DNA of 64,000 nucleotides from assembly GCA_963776345.1 (NCBI GenBank), contig CAVZMH010000019.1:96001-160000 (forward strand). Direction: 5' to 3'. Under the pieces are notes generated by a model. The model made no database searches, was not told the DNA's origin, and saw only the letters and a list, made by a program, of their open reading frames with translations. This DNA comes from an uncultured delta proteobacterium (lineage in GTDB: Bacteria > Myxococcota > Myxococcia > Myxococcales > Myxococcaceae). Position numbers and translations under genes: made by a program. How positions within the stretch are numbered: the first letter of the stretch is position 1; every line of letters begins with the position of its first letter. Positions 1 through 8,591 of this stretch are shown one piece after another.

Positions 1-1356
1 CTTGGCGCGGCCGCAGACGACGAGCTCGCCGTCCTGCACGAAGCCCAGGTCGCCCGTGTCCAGCCACCCGCCGTCCAGCGCCGCCCGGGTCGCTTCCGGC
101 TGCCCGAGGTAGCCCTCCATGATGGACGGACCGCGGGCGTGGATGCGGCCCACCACCCCCTCGGGCATGACCCCACCGGCCTCGTCGCGGACCTCCAGCG
201 TCATCCCGGGTACGGGGATGCCCACGCTCGCCAGGACGCGTGTGCCCGGCCGCACGCGGCCCTCACGCGCGAGCTCGACCGGGTCCACCGGCACCGTCCG
301 CAGCGTGCGCGGGGGTGAGAAGGTCACCGCCAGCGCCGCCTCGGCCAGCCCGTAGACGGGCATCAGCGACGCCGGACGGAAGCCCCACCGGCCGAAGCGC
401 TCGGAGAACCGCCGTGCAGCGTCGACCGAGACCTGCTCGGCCCCGTTCAGCGCCAGCCTCCAGCGCGACAGGTCCATGCCCTCCATCTCCTCGTCCTTCA
501 CCCGGCGCGCGCAGACCGCGTAGGCGAAGCTCGGGGCGACCGACATGGTGCCGCCATGCCGCGAGAGCGCCCGGAGCCAGAGCGCCGGCCGGCCGAGGAA
601 CACCTCGGGCCCGAGCAGCACCAGCGGGCCGGGGTAGGTCATCGCGCTGAGCAGACAGCCGATGAGCCCCATGTCGTGGTACAGCGGGAGCCAGCTGACG
701 CCGAGCTGCGGGTCCTCCGGCGTGTCGTCCGGCATCAGCGCCCGGAGCGCGTCGGTCTGGGCGAGCACCGCCCGGTGAGACAGCGCGACCGGCTTCGGGT
801 CCACCGTGCTGCCGGACGAGAACTGGACCAGGGACAGCGCCCCCGGCTCGGCCGTTCGCGCGACCGGGTCCGCGCCGGACTCCCTGAGCGCGGCGACGTT
901 GCGAAGGCCGAGCCGAGGTGCGGCGCGCCGCACCGCCTCGCCGAGGAGCCGTCCCACCCGCCCGTCGGAGAGCAGCGCCACCGCGCCCGAGAGCTGGAGC
1001 ATCCGGGCGGTCGTCGCGTGGTACTCGGGCAGCCGCCCCAGCCGCACCGGCGGGTACAGCGGCACCGGCACCGCGCCGGCGAGGAGCGTCCCGAAGAACG
1101 CGTCCATGAAATCGGCCCCGGTGGGGAGGACCAGCGCCACGCGCTCACCCGGACGGACGCCGAGCGCCGCCAGCGCACCGGCCACCCGGGACGCGCGCGC
1201 CTGGACCTCGTTCCACCCGAGCGCCGTCTCGGTCTCGTCGGCCGCGACGAAGGTGAGCCCCCGCCGGCCGGAGATGGCGGCTCGCTCCAGCGCCTCGTTG
1301 AGGCTCGCATGCCGCGGCGGTGGCCGGGGAGCGCCCTGGAGCCGCGCCGGCCTCAT
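1..1356 (-). CDS. Fatty acyl-AMP ligase (FtpD-like); 3' end runs off the window
   Basis: Not in the ORF track (no stop in window). Manual translation from ATG 1356 gives MRPARLQGAP...LVQFSSGSTVDPK...VSWLPLYHDMGLIG...PVYGLAEAALAVT...GWLDTGDLG. ATGA overlap with the ACP stop. Confidence 0.9.
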   Translation of the reverse strand, partial: MRPARLQGAPRPPPRHASLNEALERAAISGRRGLTFVAADETETALGWNEVQARASRVAGALAALGVRPGERVALVLPTGADFMDAFFGTLLAGAVPVPLYPPVRLGRLPEYHATTARMLQLSGAVALLSDGRVGRLLGEAVRRAAPRLGLRNVAALRESGADPVARTAEPGALSLVQFSSGSTVDPKPVALSHRAVLAQTDALRALMPDDTPEDPQLGVSWLPLYHDMGLIGCLLSAMTYPGPLVLLGPEVFLGRPALWLRALSRHGGTMSVAPSFAYAVCARRVKDEEMEGMDLSRWRLALNGAEQVSVDAARRFSERFGRWGFRPASLMPVYGLAEAALAVTFSPPRTLRTVPVDPVELAREGRVRPGTRVLASVGIPVPGMTLEVRDEAGGVMPEGVVGRIHARGPSIMEGYLGQPEATRAALDGGWLDTGDLGFVQDGELVVCGRAK

Positions 1357-1604
1357 CGGGCCTCCTGCGTCCGCGCTGCGACGTGCCGTGCGAGATCGCC
1401 CACCGTCTGCACCCCCGCCGCGTCCTCCTCGCTGAGCTTGACCCGGAACTTGTTCTCCAGGCCCACGGCGAGCACCGTCAGCCCCAGGCTGTCCAGCGCG
1501 AGGTCCCGCAAGAGGTCGTCCTCCGGAACGATGGGTCGCTCCATCTCCAGCTCGGTGCGGGCGATGGAGCGGATGGCCTCCAGCACCTCGAGCTCAGTGG
1601 CCAC
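1353..1604 (-). CDS. Acyl carrier protein
   Basis: 83 aa, acidic, DLALDSL phosphopantetheine motif. Confidence 0.92.
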   Translation of the reverse strand: MATELEVLEAIRSIARTELEMERPIVPEDDLLRDLALDSLGLTVLAVGLENKFRVKLSEEDAAGVQTVGDLARHVAARTQEAR

Positions 1605-2169
1605 CGTGCCCTCCGGGGACGAACCGCGGGCGCCCGGCGAAGGCGTGCCGCCACGGCTCGCCGAGCGCTTCTTCCTCGGCGCGGATCCGCACCCGGAGCA
1701 GCCAGGCGTTCCCCAGCGAGAAGACGAGCGCGGCGAGCCACGCGCCGTGGACCAGCGGGAGCGCGACCATCTCGGCGATGACCGCCACGTAGTTCGGGTG
1801 CCGGACCCAGCGGTACGGTCCGGCGGTCACCGGGGCGACTCCGGGCAGCACCACGATGCGCGTGTTCCAGCGCCAGCCCAGGGTGGCGATGGCCCAGTAG
1901 CGGAGCGCCTGCGCCCCGAGGACCGCCGCCAGCGCGGCCCACCCGAGCGCCCCGGGGAAGGGCCGGCGCAGGAGCACCACCTCCACGGCGCAGGCGACGA
2001 GGAAGAGGCCGTGGAACAACGCCATCACCGGGTAGTGGCCCTGACCGGCCTCCACGCCCCCGCGGGCGCGGGCGAGCCGGGCGTTCCGGGCCGACACGAC
2101 GAGCTCCACGCCCCGCTCCAGCGCCACCAGGGCAAGCAGGCCGAGGTAGAGCTGGACCGAGGTCACCAT
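1594..2169 (-). CDS. Isoprenylcysteine carboxyl methyltransferase (ICMT) family membrane methyltransferase
   Basis: TLGWRWNTRI, GPYRWVRHPNY, RIRAEEEAL; start moved to ATG 2169, overlapping the PKS stop. Confidence 0.88.
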   Translation of the reverse strand: MVTSVQLYLGLLALVALERGVELVVSARNARLARARGGVEAGQGHYPVMALFHGLFLVACAVEVVLLRRPFPGALGWAALAAVLGAQALRYWAIATLGWRWNTRIVVLPGVAPVTAGPYRWVRHPNYVAVIAEMVALPLVHGAWLAALVFSLGNAWLLRVRIRAEEEALGEPWRHAFAGRPRFVPGGHGGH

Positions 2170-3236
2170 CGGAGCAGCACCAGCTCGGCGCAGAACCCCG
2201 GGCCCATCGCCATCAGCACGCCGAGGTCGCCGGGGCGCGCCTCGCCCGAGGCGAGCAGCTCGGAGAGCACGAAGAGCACCGACGCCGAGGAGAGGTTCCC
2301 GGTTCTCCGCAGCGAGTCCCACGAGCGGCGGAGCGCCTCAGGCGGAAGCTCCAGCGCCGCCTCGAAGGCCTGCAACACCTTGGGTCCGCCGGTGTGGGCG
2401 ACCCAGTGGCGGATGTCCCCGCGGCGGAGGCCCTGCGAGGCGAGGAAGCCGTCCACGTCCCCACGTGCGTGCTCGGTGACGATGGTGGGCACCTTGGCGC
2501 TGAGGACGACCTTGAAGCCGCCGTCCACCACGTCCCAGCCCATGATGCGCTCGGTGTCCGGGTAGAACACGCTTCGCGTCGCCAGCACGCGGGGGGCGGC
2601 CCCGGGCGGCGGTCGCTCGGCTCCGGAGAGGACCATCGCCGCGGCGCCGTCGCCGAAGAGCCCGCTGGCGATGACGTTGGCGATGCTCACGTCCTCGCGC
2701 TGCAGGGTGAGCGAGCACAGCTCGACCGAGAGGAGCACTGCCACCTGGTCCGGAAAGGCGCGGAGCACGTCGCTCGCCCGCGCGGTGCCGGCGGCGCCCG
2801 CCACGCAGCCCAGCCCGAAGATGGGGGTGCGCTTCACGTCGGGACGGAGACCGAGGCGGTTGACGAGCCGCGCATCCAGCGAGGGAGTGCCGATCCCGGT
2901 CACGGTGACGAAGAAGAGGTGGTCGACGTCACGTGGTCGCAGCCCCGCGGCGTCGAGGGCGCGTCGGACGGCCTGCTCGCCCACCTCGAGGGACACCCGG
3001 TTGAACGCGTCATTGCGCTCGGAGAAGCGCTCCAGCGGAAGGTACTCCGCGAGCGGCAACGCCAGGTAGCGGCCGCCCACCTGGACCGAGCGGTGCAGCT
3101 CCTCGATGCGCTCGACGTTGAAGTGCTCGCGTGCCCAGTGCTCGCGGAAGACGGAGATCAACGTCTCCTGGTCAACCCAGTTCGGGGGCAGCGCCGTGCC
3201 CACGCTGCGCACCCACGGTCCAGGGGGAGACGTCAT
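2163..3236 (-). CDS. Type III polyketide synthase
   Basis: Cys-His-Asn triad in GLGCVAG, VAHTGGPK, GNLSSAS; LFGDGAAA; MGPGF. Confidence 0.95.
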   Translation of the reverse strand: MTSPPGPWVRSVGTALPPNWVDQETLISVFREHWAREHFNVERIEELHRSVQVGGRYLALPLAEYLPLERFSERNDAFNRVSLEVGEQAVRRALDAAGLRPRDVDHLFFVTVTGIGTPSLDARLVNRLGLRPDVKRTPIFGLGCVAGAAGTARASDVLRAFPDQVAVLLSVELCSLTLQREDVSIANVIASGLFGDGAAAMVLSGAERPPPGAAPRVLATRSVFYPDTERIMGWDVVDGGFKVVLSAKVPTIVTEHARGDVDGFLASQGLRRGDIRHWVAHTGGPKVLQAFEAALELPPEALRRSWDSLRRTGNLSSASVLFVLSELLASGEARPGDLGVLMAMGPGFCAELVLLRW

Positions 3237-3293
3237 GCCTGCTCGGGAGTATCCGACCCCCCGGCACGACGCAACACGGAGCGTGTGGCTCGT

Positions 3294-4571
3294 TCAGGTC
3301 GCGACCCCGGGTGCGAGCGGGCGGTGCAGCAGCCGGGCGCCCACCATCAGCACCAGGCCGCCGATCGCCACCGGGATGGCGTTCAGGGCGATGGCCGTCG
3401 CCAGGCTGAGCCGGTCGCCCACCCAGCCGATGATCGGCGGCGAGATGGCGTCCCCGAGCAGATGGTAGGCGAGCACGCTCAGGCCCACGGCGAAGCTGCG
3501 GAACAGCGGCGGCACCGCGCTCACGATGGCGTTGTTCAGGGGCCCGTTGTTCAGGAAGACCATGAACATCGCCACGAACGCCGCGCCGAGGATGACCGGG
3601 ATGGAGCCGGCGCGGGCGGTCCACACCATGAACGGCGCCGCGAGCAGCATGCCCACGCCGGACACCCAGAGCCCTCCGGTGCGGCTCTTACGCTCGGCGC
3701 GGTCGCCGAGCACGCCGCCCACCAGCGTCCCGGTGAGCCCGGCCACCGCCGCCACCGCGCCGAACCAGATACCGGCCTGTGCGCCGCTCACCCCGCGCTC
3801 GCGCTCGAGGAACGCCGGCATGTAGACCGAGAGCCCGCCGATGGAGAAGGTCATCAGCGTGAGCCCGGCCACGCTCACCCAGTAGTACGCGTTGTGCCGG
3901 AGCTCGCGCAGCCCCTTCCCCAGCGGGAGGCGCGTCTCGGTGGGCTCCACCGCCTCGGTGGCTCCCCGGCGCGGCTCGCGGACCCGCAGCGCGAGCACCG
4001 CGGCGAGGAGCCCGGGAACGGAGCCGACGAAGAAGGCCGTCTGCCAGGAGAAGGCGTTCGCCAGCCAGCCGCCGAGCACGTACCCCAGCGCCGAGCCGAC
4101 CGGGATGGCGACGTAGAAGATGGAGAGCGCGCGGGTCCGGTAGCTCGGGGGATAGAAGTCGGCGATCAGGCCCGGGGAGACGGTGCCGTAGCCGGCCTCC
4201 CCCACGCCGACCAGCGCGCGGGCGACGATCAGCGACGAGAAGCCCCAGGCGAGCCCGCTCCCGAGCGTGGCCAGGCTCCAGAGGAAGATGCTGGCCGCGA
4301 GCACCCAGCGCCGCGGGTAGCGGTCGCCGATGTAGCCGCCGAGCGGCGCGGCCGCGGTGTAGACGACGATGAACGCCGTCTGCAGCACGCCCGCCTGGGC
4401 GTGGTCGATCTGCAGGCCGTCCTCGATGCGGGTGAGCGCCCCCGGCACCAGGTACCGGTCGAGGTAGTTGATGAAGTTGATGAAGGTGAGGACGCCGAGC
4501 GCGTAGGCCGCGCCTGGGATCAGCGACCCCGAGCTCGTTTCCCGTGCCTCCGCGCGTGCTGGTGCCGTCAT
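3294..4571 (-). CDS. MFS transporter, spinster-like
   Basis: INFINYLDRY, GYIGDRYPRR, RALVGVGEA, HLLGDAISP; many TM segments; ATGA overlap with ppx stop. Confidence 0.88.
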   Translation of the reverse strand: MTAPARAEARETSSGSLIPGAAYALGVLTFINFINYLDRYLVPGALTRIEDGLQIDHAQAGVLQTAFIVVYTAAAPLGGYIGDRYPRRWVLAASIFLWSLATLGSGLAWGFSSLIVARALVGVGEAGYGTVSPGLIADFYPPSYRTRALSIFYVAIPVGSALGYVLGGWLANAFSWQTAFFVGSVPGLLAAVLALRVREPRRGATEAVEPTETRLPLGKGLRELRHNAYYWVSVAGLTLMTFSIGGLSVYMPAFLERERGVSGAQAGIWFGAVAAVAGLTGTLVGGVLGDRAERKSRTGGLWVSGVGMLLAAPFMVWTARAGSIPVILGAAFVAMFMVFLNNGPLNNAIVSAVPPLFRSFAVGLSVLAYHLLGDAISPPIIGWVGDRLSLATAIALNAIPVAIGGLVLMVGARLLHRPLAPGVAT

Positions 4572-5494
4572 GCGAGCGTCTCCCATCGGTCGAGCAGGAC
4601 TCCCCAGCGCAGGCCGCGGTCCGAGACGCGCGCCCCCGTCGCGCCGAGCTGGCGGAGCGCCGTCTCGAACAGCAGCGCCCCCGCGGGCAGCACGTCGGCC
4701 CGCTTCGGCTGGAGCCCGGGCAGGGTGCGCCGGACGGCGAGCGGGACCGCGCAGAGCCGGGCGCGGACCTCCGCCACCTCCTCGAGCGACAGCCAGCCAC
4801 CGTGCACGCGAGCGGCGTCGTACGGCTCGATGGCGTGCGCCAGGGCGAAGAGGCTGGTGACGGTGCCGGCGATACCCACCACCCGGACCTCGCCCGGGAA
4901 CGCCGGCAGCGCGGACAGCGCGTCAAGGACGGCGGCGCGGACCGCATCCTGCTCCGCGGCGCTCGGCGGGTCGGAGTGGACGCAGCGCTCGGTCAGCCGG
5001 ACCGAGCCGATGTCCAGGCTGGCGCGGAACAGCACCATCCGGCCGCGCCCGTGCACGAACTCGGTCGAGCCTCCGCCCACGTCGATGGCCAGGAGCCCTG
5101 CCTCGCCCGCCTCGCCGGCGAAGTCCTGCGCGACGGCCAGGTACGAGAGCCGGGCCTCCTCGTCGCCGGAGAGGATCTCCACCGTGGCGCCGGTGCGCTC
5201 GCGGGCGCGGGCGAGGAAGTCGGTGCCGTTGCGCGCGTCCCGCGCGGCCGAGGTGGCGGTCACCACCAGCGCGTGGGCGCCGTCCGACCGGGCCAGTCCT
5301 GCGAACCGCGCCAGCACCTCGAGCGTCGCCTCCATGCCCTCGGGCGAGAGCACGCCGGTGCGGTCGACGCCGCGCCCGAGGCGGGTGATCTCCGCCTCCT
5401 CGCGCACCGGCCGCACCGCGCCGTCCCCGCCCCGCTCGGCGACGAGGAGGAGCACCGAGTTGGTGCCCACGTCCACCGCGGCCAGCCGGCTCAT
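4568..5494 (-). CDS. Ppx/GppA family phosphatase
   Basis: AAVDVGTNS, ATSAARDARN, ILSGDEEARL, IDVGGGSTE, GLRWG. Confidence 0.93.
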   Translation of the reverse strand: MSRLAAVDVGTNSVLLLVAERGGDGAVRPVREEAEITRLGRGVDRTGVLSPEGMEATLEVLARFAGLARSDGAHALVVTATSAARDARNGTDFLARARERTGATVEILSGDEEARLSYLAVAQDFAGEAGEAGLLAIDVGGGSTEFVHGRGRMVLFRASLDIGSVRLTERCVHSDPPSAAEQDAVRAAVLDALSALPAFPGEVRVVGIAGTVTSLFALAHAIEPYDAARVHGGWLSLEEVAEVRARLCAVPLAVRRTLPGLQPKRADVLPAGALLFETALRQLGATGARVSDRGLRWGVLLDRWETLA

Positions 5495-6054
5495 CCGAGG
5501 GACCAGGCGATGTCGGCCGAGGGCACCACCTGGACGGTCCACCGTCCGGCGGAGAACCCGTCCAGCACCCGGTTGTGGTGGGCGACGATCTGCGAGAACG
5601 ACAGCTCCGCCGAGTCCCCGGTGGTGTGCCCGTCGGCGGCGAGCACCACGTCCCGGAACAGCGAGACCGCGCGGCGGCAGGTGGTGTCGATGCAGTACTC
5701 GGTCATGCACCCGGCGATGACCAGCCGGCGGATCTGCTGCGTGTTCAGCAGCTCGATGAGCTTGGTCTCGAAGAAGGCGTCACAGCTCCGCTTGTGCACC
5801 ACCGGCTCGCCGGCCCGGGGCGTGACCTCCGGGCGGAGCTCCCAGCCCGGCGAGCCGCGCTCGAGCCGGTGGCCGAGCGTCCCGTCGTGCTGCACGTGGA
5901 TGACCGGGAAGCCGCGCCGGCGGGCTCCGTCGAGCAGCCCGGCGATGCGCTCCACCGTGCGGTCGAGCGCGGCCTGCACCGCCGGCCCACCCTTCCCGAG
6001 CAGGATGTCGCGCTGCAGGTCGACGATGAGGAGCGCGGTGTCGGGGCCGGCCAT
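5491..6054 (-). CDS. Isochorismatase-family cysteine hydrolase
   Basis: ALLIVDLQRD, HKRSCDAF, GCMTEYCIDTT. Confidence 0.9.
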   Translation of the reverse strand: MAGPDTALLIVDLQRDILLGKGGPAVQAALDRTVERIAGLLDGARRRGFPVIHVQHDGTLGHRLERGSPGWELRPEVTPRAGEPVVHKRSCDAFFETKLIELLNTQQIRRLVIAGCMTEYCIDTTCRRAVSLFRDVVLAADGHTTGDSAELSFSQIVAHHNRVLDGFSAGRWTVQVVPSADIAWSLG

Positions 6055-6088
6055 GCGGCGGCTGACATTACCCGACCGGGTGCCTCAG

Positions 6089-6108
6089 GTCCCCCGCACC
6101 GGGGGGAC
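6089..6108. terminator. GC-rich intergenic hairpin, possible terminator or processing stem
   Basis: GTCCCCC-GCACCG-GGGGGAC just after the aminotransferase stop; no U-tract. Confidence 0.3.
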
Positions 6109-6110
6109 GC

Positions 6111-7334
6111 TCAGAGCGCGCGGGGCCGCGGCGTGTCCGGGCTCAGCGCCTCTCGGAGCGCACCGGCCAGGAAGACGTACTGCGCCTCGGAGTTGTGGAG
6201 ATGCGGCGACACGCGGATCCATCGGCGGGCCGGCACCGGCCAGCCGTACACCGGAACCTCGATGCGGTGGCGCTCGAAGAGCGACTCTTGAAGCGGGTCG
6301 ACGGCCAGGAATTCGGTCGGTGGGCGCTGGCGGTCCTCGGGGAGCTCCACCGCGGCGAGCGAGCCGAGCATCGACTCGGGGCAGGGCGGGGCGATGCCCA
6401 GCGCCTCGCAGAGCAGGGCGCGGGCCCTGCGGGCCAGCGCGGCGTTGCGGGCGCGCACCTCGGGCCAGCCGCCCGGAACGAGCCCGCCGACCAGCTCGAT
6501 GGCCCGTCCCACGCAGAGCCCGGCGGAGGGATCGCGGGTGCCGGTCCAGTCGAACTCCAGCCGGAAGCGAGAGCGGTCGGTGCGCGGCGAGTTCGCGCCA
6601 TGGCTGATGACCAGCGGCCGGAGACCGGCCTGGCGGTCCCGGCGCACGTGGAGGAAGGCGGCGCCCTTGGGCGCGCAGAGCCACTTGTGGCAATTCCCAG
6701 AATAGTACGCCGCGCCGAGCGCCTCGACGTCGAGCGGCAACATGCCCGGGGCGTGTGCGCCGTCCACCAGCACGTCCACCCCGCGCGCCTGGAGCGCCGG
6801 GACCAGCGACTCGACCGGGAATACCACCCCGGTGGGGCTGGTCACGTGGTCGAGAAGGACGAGCCGGGTCCGGTCGGTCACCGCCCCGAGCACCGCGTTC
6901 GAGACGTCCTCTGGACCGCGGAGCGGGAAGGGCACCTGCGCCACGACGACCCGAGCTCCGGCGCGCTCGGCCACCCAGCGGAGCGCGTTGGCGCAGGCGT
7001 TGTAGGCGTGGTCGGTGGTGAGCAGCTCATCGCCGGCCCGGAACGCGAGCGAGCGCACCACCGTGTTCACCCCGGCGGTGGCGTTGTCCACGAAGGCGAG
7101 GTCGTCCGGGTTGGCATGCAGGAGCTCGCCGAGCCGGGCCCGCGCCTCGTCCAGCAGCGGCTCGATGGCCCGGACGAAGAAGTCGATGGGGTCGCGCTCC
7201 ATCCGGGCCCGGAGCTCGGCCTGCAGCGCGAGCACCTCGCGCGGGCACGCCCCGAAGGCCCCGTGGTTGAGGAAGGTGACGCCCGGGTCGAGCGTCCAGT
7301 GAGCGGCGAGCGGCGAGGGCTCGGGACGCCTCAC
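6111..7334 (-). CDS. PLP-dependent class V aminotransferase (isopenicillin N epimerase / cysteine lyase-like)
   Basis: FLNHGAFGACP, DHVTSPTG, VDGAHAPG, GNCHKWLCAPKG; GTG 7334 overlaps the GNAT stop. Confidence 0.9.
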   Translation of the reverse strand: MRRPEPSPLAAHWTLDPGVTFLNHGAFGACPREVLALQAELRARMERDPIDFFVRAIEPLLDEARARLGELLHANPDDLAFVDNATAGVNTVVRSLAFRAGDELLTTDHAYNACANALRWVAERAGARVVVAQVPFPLRGPEDVSNAVLGAVTDRTRLVLLDHVTSPTGVVFPVESLVPALQARGVDVLVDGAHAPGMLPLDVEALGAAYYSGNCHKWLCAPKGAAFLHVRRDRQAGLRPLVISHGANSPRTDRSRFRLEFDWTGTRDPSAGLCVGRAIELVGGLVPGGWPEVRARNAALARRARALLCEALGIAPPCPESMLGSLAAVELPEDRQRPPTEFLAVDPLQESLFERHRIEVPVYGWPVPARRWIRVSPHLHNSEAQYVFLAGALREALSPDTPRPRAL

Positions 7335-7798
7335 GGCCCGTGCTCTGCTCCGTCCGGGGTGCCCAGCGGGAGGTCGAAGGTGAGGTGCGTCTCCGCGAAC
7401 CCCAGGCTCCGGTAGAACGGAGGAGACTCCTGCCGGCGGCGGTTGGTGCGCACGTACAGCTTCTCGCAGCCGGCCGAGCGGGCCAGCTCCGCGGCGGCGC
7501 GGGTGAGCGCCCGGCCCACGCCGTGCCGGCGCGACTCGCGGTCGGTCACCAGGGCCGTGAGCTGGGCCGAGGGCGACCGCGTGTAGAGCCGGGGATGGAT
7601 GGCCACGGTGGCCACCCCCGCGAGCTTGTGGCTCACCAGCTCGGCGACGAGGACGAGGGCGCCGCCCTGGCCGAAGCGTTCCAGCTGCGCACGGAGGGTG
7701 GGCTCGTCGGTGGCGTAGCCCAGCTGGGCGAACAGCTGGACCAGGGACGGTGCGTCGTCCGTCCGCGCCGGACGGACCTTGACCTCGAGCTCGGACAT
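7331..7798 (-). CDS. GNAT family acetyltransferase
   Basis: RRHGVGRAL acetyl-CoA motif; FYRSLGF. Confidence 0.88.
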   Translation of the reverse strand: MSELEVKVRPARTDDAPSLVQLFAQLGYATDEPTLRAQLERFGQGGALVLVAELVSHKLAGVATVAIHPRLYTRSPSAQLTALVTDRESRRHGVGRALTRAAAELARSAGCEKLYVRTNRRRQESPPFYRSLGFAETHLTFDLPLGTPDGAEHGP

Positions 7799-7897
7799 GG
7801 CGGGCGTTCACTTACCAGCGAACGCCCGCTCCCGGCTGCCGATCCGCACGCCCGGCAGGGGACTGTGCTCCTCCTGCCGCGAGCACCCGGCGGACGC

Positions 7898-8425
7898 TCA
7901 GAAGGCGCAGTTTCCGGGTGCCGGCGCGTCGATGCGCCTCGTCACCGCGTGCGGGACGAGCTGGATGGCGAGGGTCTTCGCCTCCGCGCCGGTCTCGTTG
8001 CGGATGAGGTGCACGTGGTTCCCGCCCGGGTCCACCAGCGTCTGGCCAGCCGTGTACACGTGCGGCGTGCAGGTGGGATCGTCGCCCTCGTAGGCGGTGA
8101 TGGTCCCCTCGGTGACGATGATCAGGCTCGCCCCGGGGTGGGTGTGCCAGCCGGTCGACCCTCCGGCTTTCCAGGTGTTGTCCTGGACGAAGAGGTCGGA
8201 TGCCCCCCGCGTCCGCAGACTTGAGAGCCAGAGCCAGTGCCAGTGCCAGTGCTCGTGCTCCTCCCCGGACCCCGCCGGGAAGAACCAGTGGTTCCTCAGG
8301 TCGAGGTCGTCGAACTGGCCCGAGGCGATGGTCAGACCCTTGAAATCCTTTGCGTCGGTTGCATGCCCCGTCCCCACGGCCAGGGTTCCACAGAGCAGCA
8401 ACATCCCCTTCAACGTGTTCCGCAT
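7898..8425 (-). CDS. Secreted cupin-domain protein
   Basis: Signal peptide; GGSTGWHTHPG...EG and HVHLIRN cupin motifs; GAGGAGG RBS before ATG 8425. Confidence 0.82.
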   Translation of the reverse strand: MRNTLKGMLLLCGTLAVGTGHATDAKDFKGLTIASGQFDDLDLRNHWFFPAGSGEEHEHWHWHWLWLSSLRTRGASDLFVQDNTWKAGGSTGWHTHPGASLIIVTEGTITAYEGDDPTCTPHVYTAGQTLVDPGGNHVHLIRNETGAEAKTLAIQLVPHAVTRRIDAPAPGNCAF

Positions 8426-8591
8426 GCGTCCTCCTCGATGGGACTCCTCGCTGGAGCCGGCCGGGAGGGTCTGATGCGGGCAGGCGGCGCCCCAACGGGC
8501 GAACCGCGGCACGGGGGGCGTGCCGCTCCTTGCCGCTCCACGGCGTGGTTTGCCGTGCCCGCTCGGGTGGGGCTACACATCCGGCAGGTCA

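Noticed and set aside
556..5720. Very long plus-strand ORFs (669 aa, 1108 aa)
   Set aside because: Antisense shadows of clear minus-strand genes; expected when high GC makes stops rare
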